Notes: generated from the letters alone by a model not told the origin. DNA of 64,000 nt from Ilumatobacteraceae bacterium (GCA_963719295.1 CAVRBV010000012.1:1764-65763), one strand, 5' to 3'. Shown: positions 13,969-24,933, counted from the first letter of the stretch. Made by a program: numbers and translations.

Positions 13969-13995
13969 GACGAATCCCGTGGAGAAAACGTGACG
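13969..13995 (-). promoter_or_regulatory. ECF41-type promoter of the CMD-sigma operon
   Basis: Minus strand CGTCACG-N16-CGTC, close to the ECF41 consensus TGTCACA-N16-CGTC. Confidence 0.7.
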
Positions 13996-14028
13996 AGAGC
14001 GGACCGAACGCGAGCGGCCCGCCGCGCG

Positions 14029-14463
14029 TCAGGTCTCGATGGCGATCGAGCGCAGGCCCACCAGCGGCCCGGCTGCGAGGCGGCCGAACAGGAAGAACGG
14101 CACCTCGACGATGCCCTCACCGCGAACGAAGGCCTGGGTCAGGTCAGACCGGTGAGGCTGCGCCGCATCACGCGTTCGAGGACGGCGAAGACCTGCTGGG
14201 CCGCCGGGGTCGTCGCTGGCCGCGGCGGCGTTCTGGAAGAACCTCGCCGCCGGACCGAGCACGGCCTGGCGGCTCGGGTCGAACCCGAGCGCTGACTTGA
14301 ACGATGCAGCGGTGACCCTGCTGCCGACGGCGAACGCGGCGGTGAACGGTTCGAAGGGCACGTCGGACTCGCTCGTCAGCGTCTGGCCGACGACGAGGGT
14401 TGCCAACGACAGCGACAGGCGGTGGGCGACGCCGTGGTCGAAGGCGACGACAGGATCGATCAG
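14029..14463 (-). CDS. Nuclease A inhibitor (NuiA)-like protein; start uncertain, two compensating indels
   Basis: SESDVPFEPF and terminal FLFGRLAAGPLVGLRSIAIET resemble NuiA-family SESDYPFE and GLSTKVVET. Confidence 0.55.
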   Translation of the reverse strand: MIDPVVAFDHGVAHRLSLSLATLVVGQTLTSESDVPFEPFTAAFAVGSRVTAASFKSALGFDPSRQAVLGPAARFFQNAAAASDDPGGPAGLRRPRTRDAAQPHRSDLTQAFVRGEGIVEVPFFLFGRLAAGPLVGLRSIAIET

Positions 14464-14506
14464 GGGTGCTCCCTCGCTCGTGGCTCGGCGGACTCGGCGC
14501 GACTGT

Positions 14507-14980
14507 TCAGCCGGCGATGGCGCTCGGCAACCGCCGCCCGCCGTCGAAGTCGAGCAGGCCGACCCACGACGGTTCCAGCCGGAAGCGCGTCATCGACAGG
14601 TCGGAGGGCAACGAGGCACACCACGCCTCGCCCTGCTCGGACCCGAAGTACCGGGTCGCGCTCGCCCGGTACTCGGGGGCGATGCCGGCGACCTGGTCGA
14701 CGTCGATCGGCCCGCGAAGCAGCAGCACGGCGAACGGCCACTCCACCCCGTGGATCGTCACCGCGACCGGCGACCCCGACTTCAGCGCCTCGACCTTCGG
14801 GGCGTTCGACGGGCTGCACATCACCACCGCCCGACCGTCCCAGTGGAACCAGATCGGTGTGTTCCGCGGCGTGCCGTCCGTCCAGGTGTACGCCAGGTGG
14901 GCTGGCACGGTCGAGGTCAACAATTTCTGCGCGGCGAGATCGTCGAGCAGTCCGACATCGCCCTGCTCCGGTGCGGCCAT
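14507..14980 (-). CDS. Pyridoxamine 5'-phosphate oxidase-like (PPOX/F420) protein
   Basis: AHLAYTWTDGTPRNTPIWFHWDG, APKVEAL. Confidence 0.75.
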   Translation of the reverse strand: MAAPEQGDVGLLDDLAAQKLLTSTVPAHLAYTWTDGTPRNTPIWFHWDGRAVVMCSPSNAPKVEALKSGSPVAVTIHGVEWPFAVLLLRGPIDVDQVAGIAPEYRASATRYFGSEQGEAWCASLPSDLSMTRFRLEPSWVGLLDFDGGRRLPSAIAG

Positions 14981-15078
14981 CTTCAACCTCCTGCAGCTGG
15001 TACGCCACGATGACACATCGCGCCCCGCCCGGTGTCACGACCGCACGAAACGGCCGGGAAGCGTCGTGGGAGCAGGGC

Positions 15079-15300
15079 GGGAAGGGGGGGGAGGGGAGGA
15101 GGAGAGGGAGGGAGGGGGGAGAGGAGGGGGTGTGAGAGAGAGGGTGAAGCCAGCCGGGAGTCGAAGTGCGCCCACGATGGCACCCCAGCGTGGGCGCGGT
15201 GTCACGACGGCGCGAATCGGCCGCGAGGAGGGGAGGGGAGGGAAGGAGTAGAGCAAGTAAGAGGAATGGGCAGGAGTGGAGCGCTTGGAGGGGGGGACCT
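15079..15300. other. Low-complexity polypurine (G/A) region
   Basis: Unbroken purine runs at 15079-15130 (52 nt) and 15225-15248 (24 nt). Confidence 0.8.
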
Positions 15301-15404
15301 CATCACGCCCTCCCGGCTCCACGCCCGACCGCGCTCGACCTTGCGCTCCCCACCGCCTGGCGTCGACGATGGGGGAGCATCGATCGACGACAAGAGGGGG
15401 CGCG

Positions 15405-15878
15405 ATGGCGAAGATCAACCAGGGGCGGTGGACGGCCGAGATCGACGGTGACTTCGTCGTGTTCCTCATCGGCGCCCGGCCGAGCAAACTGCACCTGCTG
15501 CAGTCGATCAAGGATCTGGGCGGGCGCAGGAGCATGAAGTTCATGCTCGACTACCTGGTCGCTCATCCGGACAAGGGCCTGCTCGGCTACGAGATGGGGC
15601 TGAAGACGATCGTCCAGTACTGGCGCTCGTTCGAGCACCTCGAGGCGTTCGCCAAGGACGCCGACGATCCGCACCTCGACGTGTGGCGGTCGTACTGGAA
15701 GCGCGTCGGCAAGAGCACGCGGACCGGCATCTGGCACGAGACGTTCCTGGTGCGCGCCGGCGAGTACGAAGCGGTCTACGGGAACATGCCGACCTGCGGG
15801 CTGGCCAAGGCGTCCCGCGCCGTTCGAGTGGCCGATGCGGTCGGTGCACGCGAGCGGCTGAAGGCGGCCGCCCGCTGA
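15405..15878 (+). CDS. DUF4188-family protein
   Basis: [40 protein letters not shown]. Confidence 0.85.
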   Translation: MAKINQGRWTAEIDGDFVVFLIGARPSKLHLLQSIKDLGGRRSMKFMLDYLVAHPDKGLLGYEMGLKTIVQYWRSFEHLEAFAKDADDPHLDVWRSYWKRVGKSTRTGIWHETFLVRAGEYEAVYGNMPTCGLAKASRAVRVADAVGARERLKAAAR

Positions 15879-15967
15879 GACCCTCGACGGCGACGCTCGA
15901 GCTCGGGGCCCGACCGCACCCGCCACGCGAGCTGTACCAGGGCTCGACCAGGAGCTAGAACGGCGTC

Positions 15968-16838
15968 ATGCAGATCGGTGTGGTGTTCCCGCAGACGGAG
16001 GTGGGTGCCGCGGTCGCCGACGTGCGCCGGTACGCGACCCAGGTCGAGGCGTTCGGGTTCACCCACCTGCTGGCGTACGACCACGTGCTCGGCGCCGATC
16101 CCGAGGCGCACGCCCCCTGGCGCGGTCCGTACGACGTCACCACGACGTTCCACGAGCCCTTCGTGCTGTTCGGCTATCTCGCCGCGTGCACCCGGCTCGA
16201 GCTGGTGACCGGGGTGATCATCCTGCCCCAGCGCCAGACGGCGCTCGTGGCCAAGCAGGCCGCCGAGATCGACCTGCTGACCGAGGGACGGTTCCGCCTC
16301 GGCGTCGGACTCGGTTGGAACGCTGTCGAGTACGAGGCGCTCGGCGCGTCGTTCGGCGACCGCGGACGTCGGCTGTCGGAGCAGGTGCCGCTGCTGCGCC
16401 GACTCCTGAGCGAGGCCGTGGTGACCCACGTCGGCACCTTCGACCGCATCACGGCGGCCGGCCTCGCGCCGTTGCCCCACCAGCGGCCGATCCCGATCTG
16501 GATCGGCGGCGAGTCGCCACCGGCCTATCGACGCATCGGCCGCCTCGCCGACGGCTGGATCCCGGAGGTGCCGCCGGGTCCGGAGCTCGACGACGCCATG
16601 GCGATCATCGCCGAAGCGGCGATCGACGCCGCAGCGGGACCCGACCACGCTGGGCATGCAGGGCCGGGTGCGCTGGTCGGCCGCCGGCGTCGCCGCGCTC
16701 GTCGACGAGGTCGGCCGCTGGCGCGACGCCGGCGCGACCCACGTCGCCATCAACACGATGAACGCCGGACTCGGCCCGGTGGAGGGGCACCTCGACGTGC
16801 TGGCCGAGGTCGCCGCGGCGCTCGAGCTGCGCGGCTGA
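15968..16838 (+). CDS. LLM-class (probably F420-dependent) oxidoreductase (frameshift at about 16630)
   Basis: GVVFPQTE, YDHVLGA, HEPFVLFGYLA, LPQRQTALVAKQAAE. Confidence 0.85.
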
Positions 16839-16913
16839 CCGCACCGAGCGCGGATCGGGCCAGCACCGGCCGGTATGCCCGCGCCGACAGCGGTCGGCGT
16901 ACGGTCGTGCGTG

Positions 16914-17754
16914 ATGCGCTTACGGGATCAAGACCGCTCCGATGAACACCACCTGGTCGGCGATGCTCGACGTCTGGCGGGCCGCCGACCAGCACGACGT
17001 GTTCGAGTCGGCATGGAACTTCGACCACTTCGAACCGATCTTCTCGGATCGCTCCGGGCCGTGCCTGGAGGGCTGGTCGATGCTCGCGGCGATGGCCGCC
17101 AGCACCTCGCGGTTGCGCCTCGGCTGCCAGGTGACCGGCATGCCGTACCGCCATCCGTCCGTGCTGGCGAACATGGCCGCCACGATCGACATCGTCAGCA
17201 ACGGCCGGCTGATCATCGGGTTGGGCGCCGGGTGGAACCAGGAGGAGTCCGACGCCCTCGGCATCCGGCTGCCCCCGCTGAAGGAGCGGTTCGACCGGTT
17301 CGAGGAGGGCGTGCAGGTGATCATCCGCCTGCTGAGCGACGAACGGGCCAACTTCGCCGGCGAGCACTTCACGCTGACCGACGCCTGGTGCGAGCCCAAG
17401 CCGGTGCAGCGGCCGCACCCGCCGATCGCCATCGGCGGCAACGGCGAGAAGCGCACGCTGCGGATCGTCGCCGAGCACGCCCAGCACTGGAACTCGACGC
17501 TGACCGATGTCGGCGCGTGGCAGGCCAAGGGTGAGGTGCTCGATCGTCACTGCGCCGACGTCGGGCGCGACCCGGGGGAGATCGAACGTTCGGTGAACGT
17601 ACGACTCGGCGCGGCGCAGGACCCGCGCGCGATCCAGGACGACATCGTCCGCTGGCGCGATGCCGGCGTCGACGTCTGCATCATCGGGCTGGGCACGCCG
17701 CACGACCCGGCGGTCGTCGAACCGCTCGCCGCCGCCCTCGCCGAGCTCGGTTGA
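16914..17754 (+). CDS. LLM-class F420-dependent oxidoreductase (indel near start)
   Basis: WNFDHF, YRHPSVLANMAATID, GRLIIGLGAGW, PKPVQRPHPPI. Confidence 0.88.
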
Positions 17755-17816
17755 TCGGGAACGTTCTCCGCAGTCAGATGCACCGTTTCGGTGCATCTCG
17801 CTCTCCAGAACGGGCG

Positions 17817-18881
17817 TCAGGCGGGTGGGGGGCCGCAGCTGGGCGTGGGGTGGAACTCGGTCGGCAGGACGACCTCGTCGATCGGCGCGTCGCCGTCGCG
17901 GGCGTTGAGCGTCGACATGAGCAGGCGAGCGCCGTGCTCGCCCAGCGCGCCGGCATCGCGGTACACCACGGCGATCGGCGGCTGGTGCAGCTCGGCGATC
18001 AGGACGTTGTCGCACCCGACGAACGAGATGTCGGTGCCGATGGCGACGTCGAGCTCGTGCAGGGCGCGGATGGCGCCGGCCATCAGGGTGTTGCCGGCGG
18101 CGATCAGCGCAGTCGGGCGCGGGTCGCGGTCGATCGCCTCGATCGTCGCCCGGTAGCCACCCTCCACGCCGAACGCGCCCTCGACGACCATGCACCGCCC
18201 GCCGCTCGGCCAGAGCGTCTGCTCGACCGCGGCGCGACGGTCACGGGCGGGCAGCGCCGGGCCGCCGATCACCATGGCGAAGTCGCGGTGGCCGAGGGCG
18301 AGGAGGTGCTCGACGGCGCGCACCATGCCGGCGCGGTGGTCGAACCGCGCCGACAGCGCCTTCACCCCCTCGGGCTGGTCGCGGTCGAGCAGCACCATCG
18401 GCAGCTTGCAGGCGCGCAGGGCGCGCACGACGTCGGGGTTGTCCTCCTGGGTGAGCGAGAGCAACAGGCCGTCGACCTGACGGTCCTCGAGCAGGGCGAT
18501 GTTGTCGGCATCGAGGTTGGCGTCGCCCTCGGAGTTGGTGAGCAGCAACGAGTAGTCGTTGGCCCGCAGTTCGCGTTCGGCGCCCTTCACGATGTCGGCG
18601 AAGATCGGGTTGGCGATGTCGGCGACGGCGAAGCCCACCGACATGCTGCGCTGGCTGCGCAGCCCGCGGGCGAGGGCGTTGGGCCGGTAGCCGAGCTCGC
18701 GCACGGCGTTGTTCACGGCGTCGCGCATCGCCGGGCTCACGTCGGGGTGCCCGGACAGCACCCGCGACACCGACGAGATCGCCACGCCGGCGCGCTGGGC
18801 GACCTCCTTGATGCCGGGCTTCACCGCCCGCGTCGTCGCCGTCCTCGCCGGTGACGCGGACTCGTGGTCGTCGGCGTCCAT
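17817..18881 (-). CDS. LacI-family transcriptional regulator
   Basis: IKEVAQRAGVAISSVSRVL HTH, LGYRPNALARGL hinge, sugar-binding domain. Confidence 0.92.
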   Translation of the reverse strand: MDADDHESASPARTATTRAVKPGIKEVAQRAGVAISSVSRVLSGHPDVSPAMRDAVNNAVRELGYRPNALARGLRSQRSMSVGFAVADIANPIFADIVKGAERELRANDYSLLLTNSEGDANLDADNIALLEDRQVDGLLLSLTQEDNPDVVRALRACKLPMVLLDRDQPEGVKALSARFDHRAGMVRAVEHLLALGHRDFAMVIGGPALPARDRRAAVEQTLWPSGGRCMVVEGAFGVEGGYRATIEAIDRDPRPTALIAAGNTLMAGAIRALHELDVAIGTDISFVGCDNVLIAELHQPPIAVVYRDAGALGEHGARLLMSTLNARDGDAPIDEVVLPTEFHPTPSCGPPPA

Positions 18882-18916
18882 CGCGTCAGTCTGGCGCGTT
18901 CGCGTCGCCGGCCTGC

Positions 18917-20065
18917 TCACCGATCGACGCGGTACTTGTCGACGAAGTCCCAGTCGTACTCCCATCCGAGACCGGGACCCGTCGGCAGCGCGACGCACCC
19001 GTCCACCAGCTCGGGTCGGTTGACGATGAGGTTCCACCAGATCGGGTCGCGGTCGGGATGGAACACCTCGAGGTACGTCCCGCCGGGCTGGCTGGCGAGC
19101 AGGTGCGCCGCCACGTGCGGTTCCTCGTGGTGGGCGAGCTCGACGCCGTAGACGTGGGCGAGCGCGGCGTTGCGGCGCCAGTTGGTGGGGCCGCCCGCCC
19201 ACGACGAGTCGAAGTTGCACACGTCGATGGCCCCCGCCTCCATCAGGTCGCGGCAGCCTTCGGGCGAGAGCTCGCTCTGGCCGGCACACACCGGGATGCC
19301 GCCGCGGGCCCGCACCTCGCGCATGGCGCGGGCGTTGTTGGCCCAGCGGCACGGTTCCTCGAACCAGCGGATGCCGACGTCGCGCACCCGGTCGCACAGG
19401 TCGAGGGCATCGGCGAGGACGTAGCCCTGGTTGGCGTCGATGGTGATGACGAAGTCGTCACCGGCGGTGGCGCGGCACGCTTCGACGCGGCGGGCGTCGA
19501 CCGCGGTGGGCTGCGAGCCGAGCTTGAACTTGCAGCCGGCGAACCCCATCGCCACCCACTCGGCGACCTCGTCGTGCACCTCCCGAGCGACATCGACGAG
19601 CGGCCCGTAGTACCCGCCGATGATGTTCACCGGGAGGCGGTCGCGGTAGCCGCCCCACACCTGGTGCAGCGGGCGTCCGAACACCTGGCCGATCACGTCC
19701 CACAATGCGGTGTCGATGCCGGCGAGCGCCACGAGCCCGATGCGGCGATCGCGCAGCTGGTCGAACGTCGCCGGGTAGCCGAGCTCCCAGCAGCGTTCGA
19801 TCTGCATCGCGTCCTGGCCGATCAAGCGGGGGATGATCTCGGTGCGGGCGACGTCGACGATCTGGAGCAGCGTGTGCTCCTCGTCGGCGGCGTAGGCGGT
19901 GCCGACGATGCCCTCTGACGTGTGGACGCGGGTGATCACGGTGCAGCGGTGGCTCATCGAGTAGTAGCTGCCCTGGTAGACGCGCCCGAGGGGCACGACG
20001 AGGGGGATCTGCTCGATCTCGGTGATCGTGACCGCCGGGGCCCCGGCGCGCTCGTCGTGGTTCAT
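18917..20065 (-). CDS. Mandelate racemase/muconate lactonizing enzyme family
   Basis: IDTALWD, KFKLG, DANQGY, WFEEP, GQSE. Confidence 0.9.
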   Translation of the reverse strand: MNHDERAGAPAVTITEIEQIPLVVPLGRVYQGSYYSMSHRCTVITRVHTSEGIVGTAYAADEEHTLLQIVDVARTEIIPRLIGQDAMQIERCWELGYPATFDQLRDRRIGLVALAGIDTALWDVIGQVFGRPLHQVWGGYRDRLPVNIIGGYYGPLVDVAREVHDEVAEWVAMGFAGCKFKLGSQPTAVDARRVEACRATAGDDFVITIDANQGYVLADALDLCDRVRDVGIRWFEEPCRWANNARAMREVRARGGIPVCAGQSELSPEGCRDLMEAGAIDVCNFDSSWAGGPTNWRRNAALAHVYGVELAHHEEPHVAAHLLASQPGGTYLEVFHPDRDPIWWNLIVNRPELVDGCVALPTGPGLGWEYDWDFVDKYRVDR

Positions 20066-20122
20066 CCGGCGAGGCAGGCGAGCGGGGCTGTGGTCAAAGT
20101 CGAGTCCTCGAGTGACAGCGCG

Positions 20123-20201
20123 GGATACGTTTCCAGCAGTGCTGTAGCGGGAAACTCTAGGCGCGACGCGACCGGACGGCAAGATGGCAGCAACCGTTTC
20201 C
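20123..20201. promoter_or_regulatory. Two LacI-type operators
   Basis: GGATACGTTTCC at 20123-20134 and GCAACCGTTTCC at 20190-20201, upstream of the racemase-lacI unit. Confidence 0.65.
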
Positions 20202-20234
20202 AAGCGGACGGACCGAGGGCGGCCCCGCCCGCGG

Positions 20235-22420
20235 CTAGGCACCGGGCGGCGGGACGAACGGTGTGGGATCGTCGAAGCGGCGCAGCACGTTGGCGGTCAC
20301 CCGCGACACGTTGTTGTCGTACCCGTCGTGGCCGAGGCTGCCCGCCCAGGCGATCGAACCGACGGCGAACACCGCGCCGCCGTGATCGGTCTCGAAGAAC
20401 GTCATGTCGGCGCGGATCGGATCCTGGGTGCGCGTCGGGTCGGGCAGGGTGTCGAGGATCGACGGCACCATCAGGTCGTAGACGTTGCTGTGGCCGCCCG
20501 ACGACGCCACGACGACGCTGTGCGGCGGCGAGCCCTTGGTGACCTCGTGACGGTCGATCTCGTAGCCTGCGGCACCGCCTTGCAGCACCCCGAAGGCGCC
20601 GATCTCCTCGTCGACTGCGATGCCGTCGAAGATCCACGCCACGCCGCGGATCGGTGCTCGCCGGTGAGCGCCGGTAGAACGTGCACGCATCGAAGCCCTG
20701 GGTGATGAACCCGACACCGATGATCGCGTTCTCCGGGCGTCCGATGTTGCGCCACAACCCACCCGGGCGGCCCGACGTGCTGAACACCCCCTCGGCGTGG
20801 TTGACCCGCCACAGGTTGTCCTGGCCGGGACGGCGCACCTCGACGAGGTCGCCGCGGTGGGCGGGCCGTTCCGCCGCCGAGTAGAACCCGTTGCCGCCGA
20901 GGTACATCAGCCGGCCGCCGCGATGGGTGAACGCGGCGAACGCGTCGAGCTCGTCGCGGGTGAGGTACTCGGGGTGCGAGCCGGTGATCGCGACGCGGTA
21001 GGGGGCCAGGGCGTCGACCCGCTCGGCGTGGAGGTCGTCGTCGGTGATCACGTCGACCTCGATGCCCATGGCGTCGAGCCAGTCGGTGATCATCAGGTCG
21101 AGGCAGAACTTGTACATCCGCCCGGTCGGGCGGAAGTTGGTGACCGGTCGGGCCATGCTCGAGTAGACGACCGGACTGCCGTCGCGGTGCACGTCGTACG
21201 TCGACTTGCCGAGCTCCGGCATCTCCAGCAGGAGGAAGTCGGTGCTGTCGAGCACGGTGAGGCGTGCGTGGGCGAGCTCGTTGAACTGGGCGGTGACCCG
21301 CAGGTGCATGTTGGCGTATGCCGCGTAGGTCGTGGTGGGCACGACGTAGGCCACCGAACGGGCGGGCGCGCCCGGTCCGGGCCGAACGACGAAGGGCACC
21401 CAGAACTCCGGGGTCGAGCGGTCGGCCGGCTCGAGCCGCACGGCGTAGCACGCACTCGGCAGATCCTCTGGGAGGTCGAGGGCGAACGACGGCGACCATG
21501 CGGCGTCGGCGAGGTCGTCGTCGTGGAAGTGCACGGCCGCGTACGCGGCCGGGTCGGCGGTCCACGCCAGGTGCTCGCCGGTCCACGACGCACCGCGCGG
21601 TGCCGCGGGTCGGGTAGTTGACGAGGCGCCCGTCGGCGCCGAGCGGGCCGGTGTCGCGGATCGCCTCGGTGGTGACGTCGCGGGCGAAGTCCCACTCGGC
21701 GAGCGGTTCGTCACCGCCCGGTCTCGGCGAAGAGTCGCGGCCGCTCGAGCTTGCCGTTGAAACACGTCGCCGGGTCGTGGTGGGTGTCGGTCCAGGAGGC
21801 GGCGAGCGTCGAGCGACGCGCCGTCGAGCGTGGCGCCAACCGGCGGTGCGAACGACGCCGTTGCTTCCTCCGGCTCGCGGGCGACGAAGCCCTCGGTCGC
21901 CAGCGGCGCGACGTGCAGCGCGAGCGTGCCGGCGGTGAGGTCGACGGCGACGGCCACGTCGGCCCACGACCGTGGACGCAGCGGGCCGACCGTGACCGTG
22001 GCGAGGGTGTCGCTGCCGAGCCCGACGGTCGCCGTGACGCCGGTGGCGCTCGACGACGAGGTGGAGCGCGGCGTCACTGCCGGCGAGCTCGAGGATGGTC
22101 GCAGTCGCGTCCGCCACGATCGTCGGGAACACCAGCACGTCGAGTCGGGCGGCCGCGGCGAGGGGCAGCGGCCCGTCGATCCGTGCGCACGATCCGAGGT
22201 GGATCGGCTGGTGGCGACCGTCGTGGCGCCCGTTGCCGGCGATGTCGACGGGCGTCGCCTTGAACGCCGGGCCGAGCGGCCCGATGTCGGGTGACACGAG
22301 GCGGAACAGCTGGACGTCGTAGGCGGCGTCGTCCTCGCTGCTGACGAAGAACGTGATCGTCTCGCCGGCGCGCACGCTACGCACGTCGGCGTACCCGAGC
22401 ACGGCCGGAGTGCGCCGCAC
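20235..22420 (-). CDS. N,N-dimethylformamidase large (beta) subunit family protein, several frameshifts
   Basis: GYAD..SV..GETI.F.VSS, AAVHFHDDDL.DA.W, PTTTYAAYAN, STYDVHRDGS, GSHPEY, MYLGGNGFY, RADMTFFET..GGAVF. Confidence 0.85.
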
Positions 22421-22754
22421 GGGCGCGCTCGTCGGCGCTCAGGCTCGCGGGCACGGTGTGGGTACCGGTGCACAGCTCCTCGCCGAACTTCTCGTGCCAG
22501 CGGATGCGGAACACGTGCCACTCGGCCGCCTCGAGGTCGGTGAACGTGGTGTCCCAGTCGAGGATCGGCTCGTACGGCGGGCCGTCGGAGTAGCGCCCGA
22601 GCACCCACAGCCGCTGCGACTCGGCCATGAACAGGAAGTGCTTGCCGCTCATCGGCTGCGAGCGCATCTCGTGCAGCAGCAGCTGCAGCTCCTCGCTGTG
22701 GCGGCCGAACGGGCGGGCCTTGAACTCGGCGGCGAGCTCGGCCGGCGGGGTCAC
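22377..22754 (-). CDS. Dimethylformamidase small (alpha) subunit-like domain, in frame with the upstream hydrolase
   Basis: EFKARPFGRHSEELQLLL..MR, GKHFL, FTDLEAAEWHVFRIRW; directly upstream of the large subunit. Confidence 0.6.
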   Translation of the reverse strand: MTPPAELAAEFKARPFGRHSEELQLLLHEMRSQPMSGKHFLFMAESQRLWVLGRYSDGPPYEPILDWDTTFTDLEAAEWHVFRIRWHEKFGEELCTGTHTVPASLSADERARAAHSGRARVRRRA

Positions 22755-23738
22755 GCCACGGTCGGGCGCCGGGCGCAACGCGGCGGCCACTCGTGCGACC
22801 ACGTCGGCGAACGCTCGGCGCGCCGCACCGGAGCGCCCGAGCATCATGGCGAAGCCGTGGGGGAGCGTCGACGCCTCGTACACCTCGACCGCGGTGCCGG
22901 CCTCGGCCAGCGCCTCGCCGTAGCGGCGGCCGTCGTCGCGCAGTGGATCCCATCCGGCGGTCACGACGAGCGTCCGGGGCAGGCCCGCCTTCGACGGCGC
23001 GGCCATCGGCACCGCACGCGGGTCGTCGCTCGTGCCGGCGTCGCCGAGGTAGTTGCGCCAGAACCAGCGCATCGTGTCGGGCATCAGGCGGAACCGGAGG
23101 TCGGGCCCGAGCTCGACCATCGACGGCGTGTCGAGCGACGTGTCGAGCGCCGGGTACAGCAGCAGCTGGAAGTCGACGCGGAGGCCGCCGTGGTCGCGGG
23201 CGTGCGTCGACACGCCGGCGCTGATGTTGCCGCCGGCGCTGTCGCCGGCGAGGGCGAGCGACGGCGGTACCCATCCGAGGCCGCCGCCGTCGACCCACGT
23301 GGCGACGGTCCACACGTCGTCGAACGCCGCCGGGAACGGGTGCTCGGGTGCGAGCCGATAGTCGACCGAGACGACCACGCATCCGCCGCCCGTCGCCAGG
23401 TGCCGGCAGATCACGTCGCACGAGTCGATCGACAGCAAGGTCCAGCCGCCGCCGTGGGCGTAGACGAGCACCGGAGGGTCAGCGCCGAGGTCCGGCCGGT
23501 AGATGCGCACGCGCACGCCGTCGACGTCGCGCTCCTCCACCGATGCCATGACCGGTGGTGGGCCGGTGAGCTCGGCGTTGACCAAGCCGGAGTTGCGCGA
23601 CTGGGTGAGCGGTTGCTCGTGCACCGGCACCGGTGTGGCGGCGAGCCACTCGGCGAGCAGCGCGGCGGCGTCGTCGTCGAGCACGCGGCCGCCGTTCGGG
23701 GCGTCGCTCGTGGCGGTCGGCGGATCGACGCTCGTCAC
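22751..23738 (-). CDS. HSL-family alpha/beta hydrolase (esterase/amidase)
   Basis: HGGGW, VDYRLAPEHPFPAA, GDSAGG, DPLRDDG, HGF; TAACGT -10 box 7 nt before a GTG start. Confidence 0.9.
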
Positions 23739-23756
23739 GCCGGCCACGTTAGTCCG

Positions 23757-23855
23757 ACAAACGTTTCCACCACCAACGCCGTCGCGCCGAAGGGCGATGG
23801 TCCCTCGTCCGCGGCCCGGGAGCGGCACGTCCGGGCGGCTCCGCATAACGATTCC
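23757..23855. promoter_or_regulatory. Divergent promoter region with LacI-type operators
   Basis: ACAAACGTTTCC at 23757-23768 and weaker CATAACGATTCC at 23844-23855. Confidence 0.6.
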
Positions 23856-23875
23856 AGCTCTGCTACGGTCGTCGG

Positions 23876-24839
23876 ATGCCGGTCCGTTCGCTCTGCTCCG
23901 ACGAGCGTCGCCATCTACGGGGCCGGCCAGCTCGGCACGGCCGTGGCCGGGTTGCTCGCGGCGAACCCGCGCTTCGAGGTGCGCGGCCCGTTCGGACGCC
24001 AGCAGCGTGACGACGCCTTGCGCAGCGGCGCCGACGTCGTGGTGATCGCCACCACCACCCGGCTGCGCGACGTCGCCTCCGACATCGAGCTCGCCGTCGG
24101 CAGCGGCTCCAACGTGCTCGTGTCGGCCGAGGAGTCGGCCTTTCCCTTCATGGTCGACGCCGCCCTCGCCGACGGTCTCGACCGCCTCGCCGTCGAGCAC
24201 GACGTCAGCGTGGCCGGCGTCGGCGTCAACCCGGGGCTGATCTTCGACGCCCTCGTGCTCACCCTGCTCGGCGCCGCGCCGCGTGGGTGCGACATCGACG
24301 TGCGGCGGATCGTCGACATCTCCGGCTTCGGGCCGACGGTCCTGCGTCGCCTCGGCGTCGGGGCCACCGATGCCGAGTTCCACCGCGCCGTCGAGCGCGG
24401 CGACATCCTCGGTCACGCCGGGTTCCCGCAGTCGATGACGATCGTCGCCGACGCCGTCGGCATCACGATCGACCGCATCGACAAGCAGCTCGAGCCGATC
24501 ATCACCCCGACGGCCATCGACGTGCCGGGTCGCTTCCCGATCGAGGCCGGACAGAGCGCCGGCGTCGATCAGACCTACACCTCCTACGTCGACGGGCGGC
24601 CGTGGTTCACCGCCCACTTCTACGGCCACGTCGACCTGCGCTCGCTCGGGCTCGAACGCACCGACGACATCCACCTCTCGCTCGGCGGCGAGCGGTTCCA
24701 GTCGATCCACGTGCGCCCCGGCTTCGGCGCCCAGGTCGGCTCGCAGAACATGACCGCCAACTCGATCGACCGCATCGTCGCCGCCCGCCCGGGCTGGGTG
24801 ACGATCGCCGAACTGGCTCCCGCCTTCCCGGCGCCGTAG
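23876..24839 (+). CDS. 2,4-diaminopentanoate dehydrogenase/native amine dehydrogenase-like oxidoreductase (start approximate)
   Basis: Rossmann IYGAGQLG, NVLVSAEE, GVGVNPGLIFD, GHAGFPQS. Confidence 0.75.
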
Positions 24840-24849
24840 CGGTCGGGCC

Positions 24850-24933
24850 ATCTGGTCACCCGTGCGTTCTCGATATCGAGAATGTGGGTGACCAGATCGC
24901 GCCGGATCGAGACGCAGAGTGACCAGATGGCGG
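24850..24933. repeat. Family A REP-like palindrome, copy 4, with tail
   Basis: ATCTGGTCACC..TTCTCGATATCGAGAA..GGTGACCAGAT then GAGACGCAGAGTGACCAGATGGCGG. Confidence 0.9.

Noticed and set aside
17757-17768. GGGAACGTTCTC as a LacI operator
   Set aside because: It lies between convergent 3' ends with no promoter to control; possibly chance.
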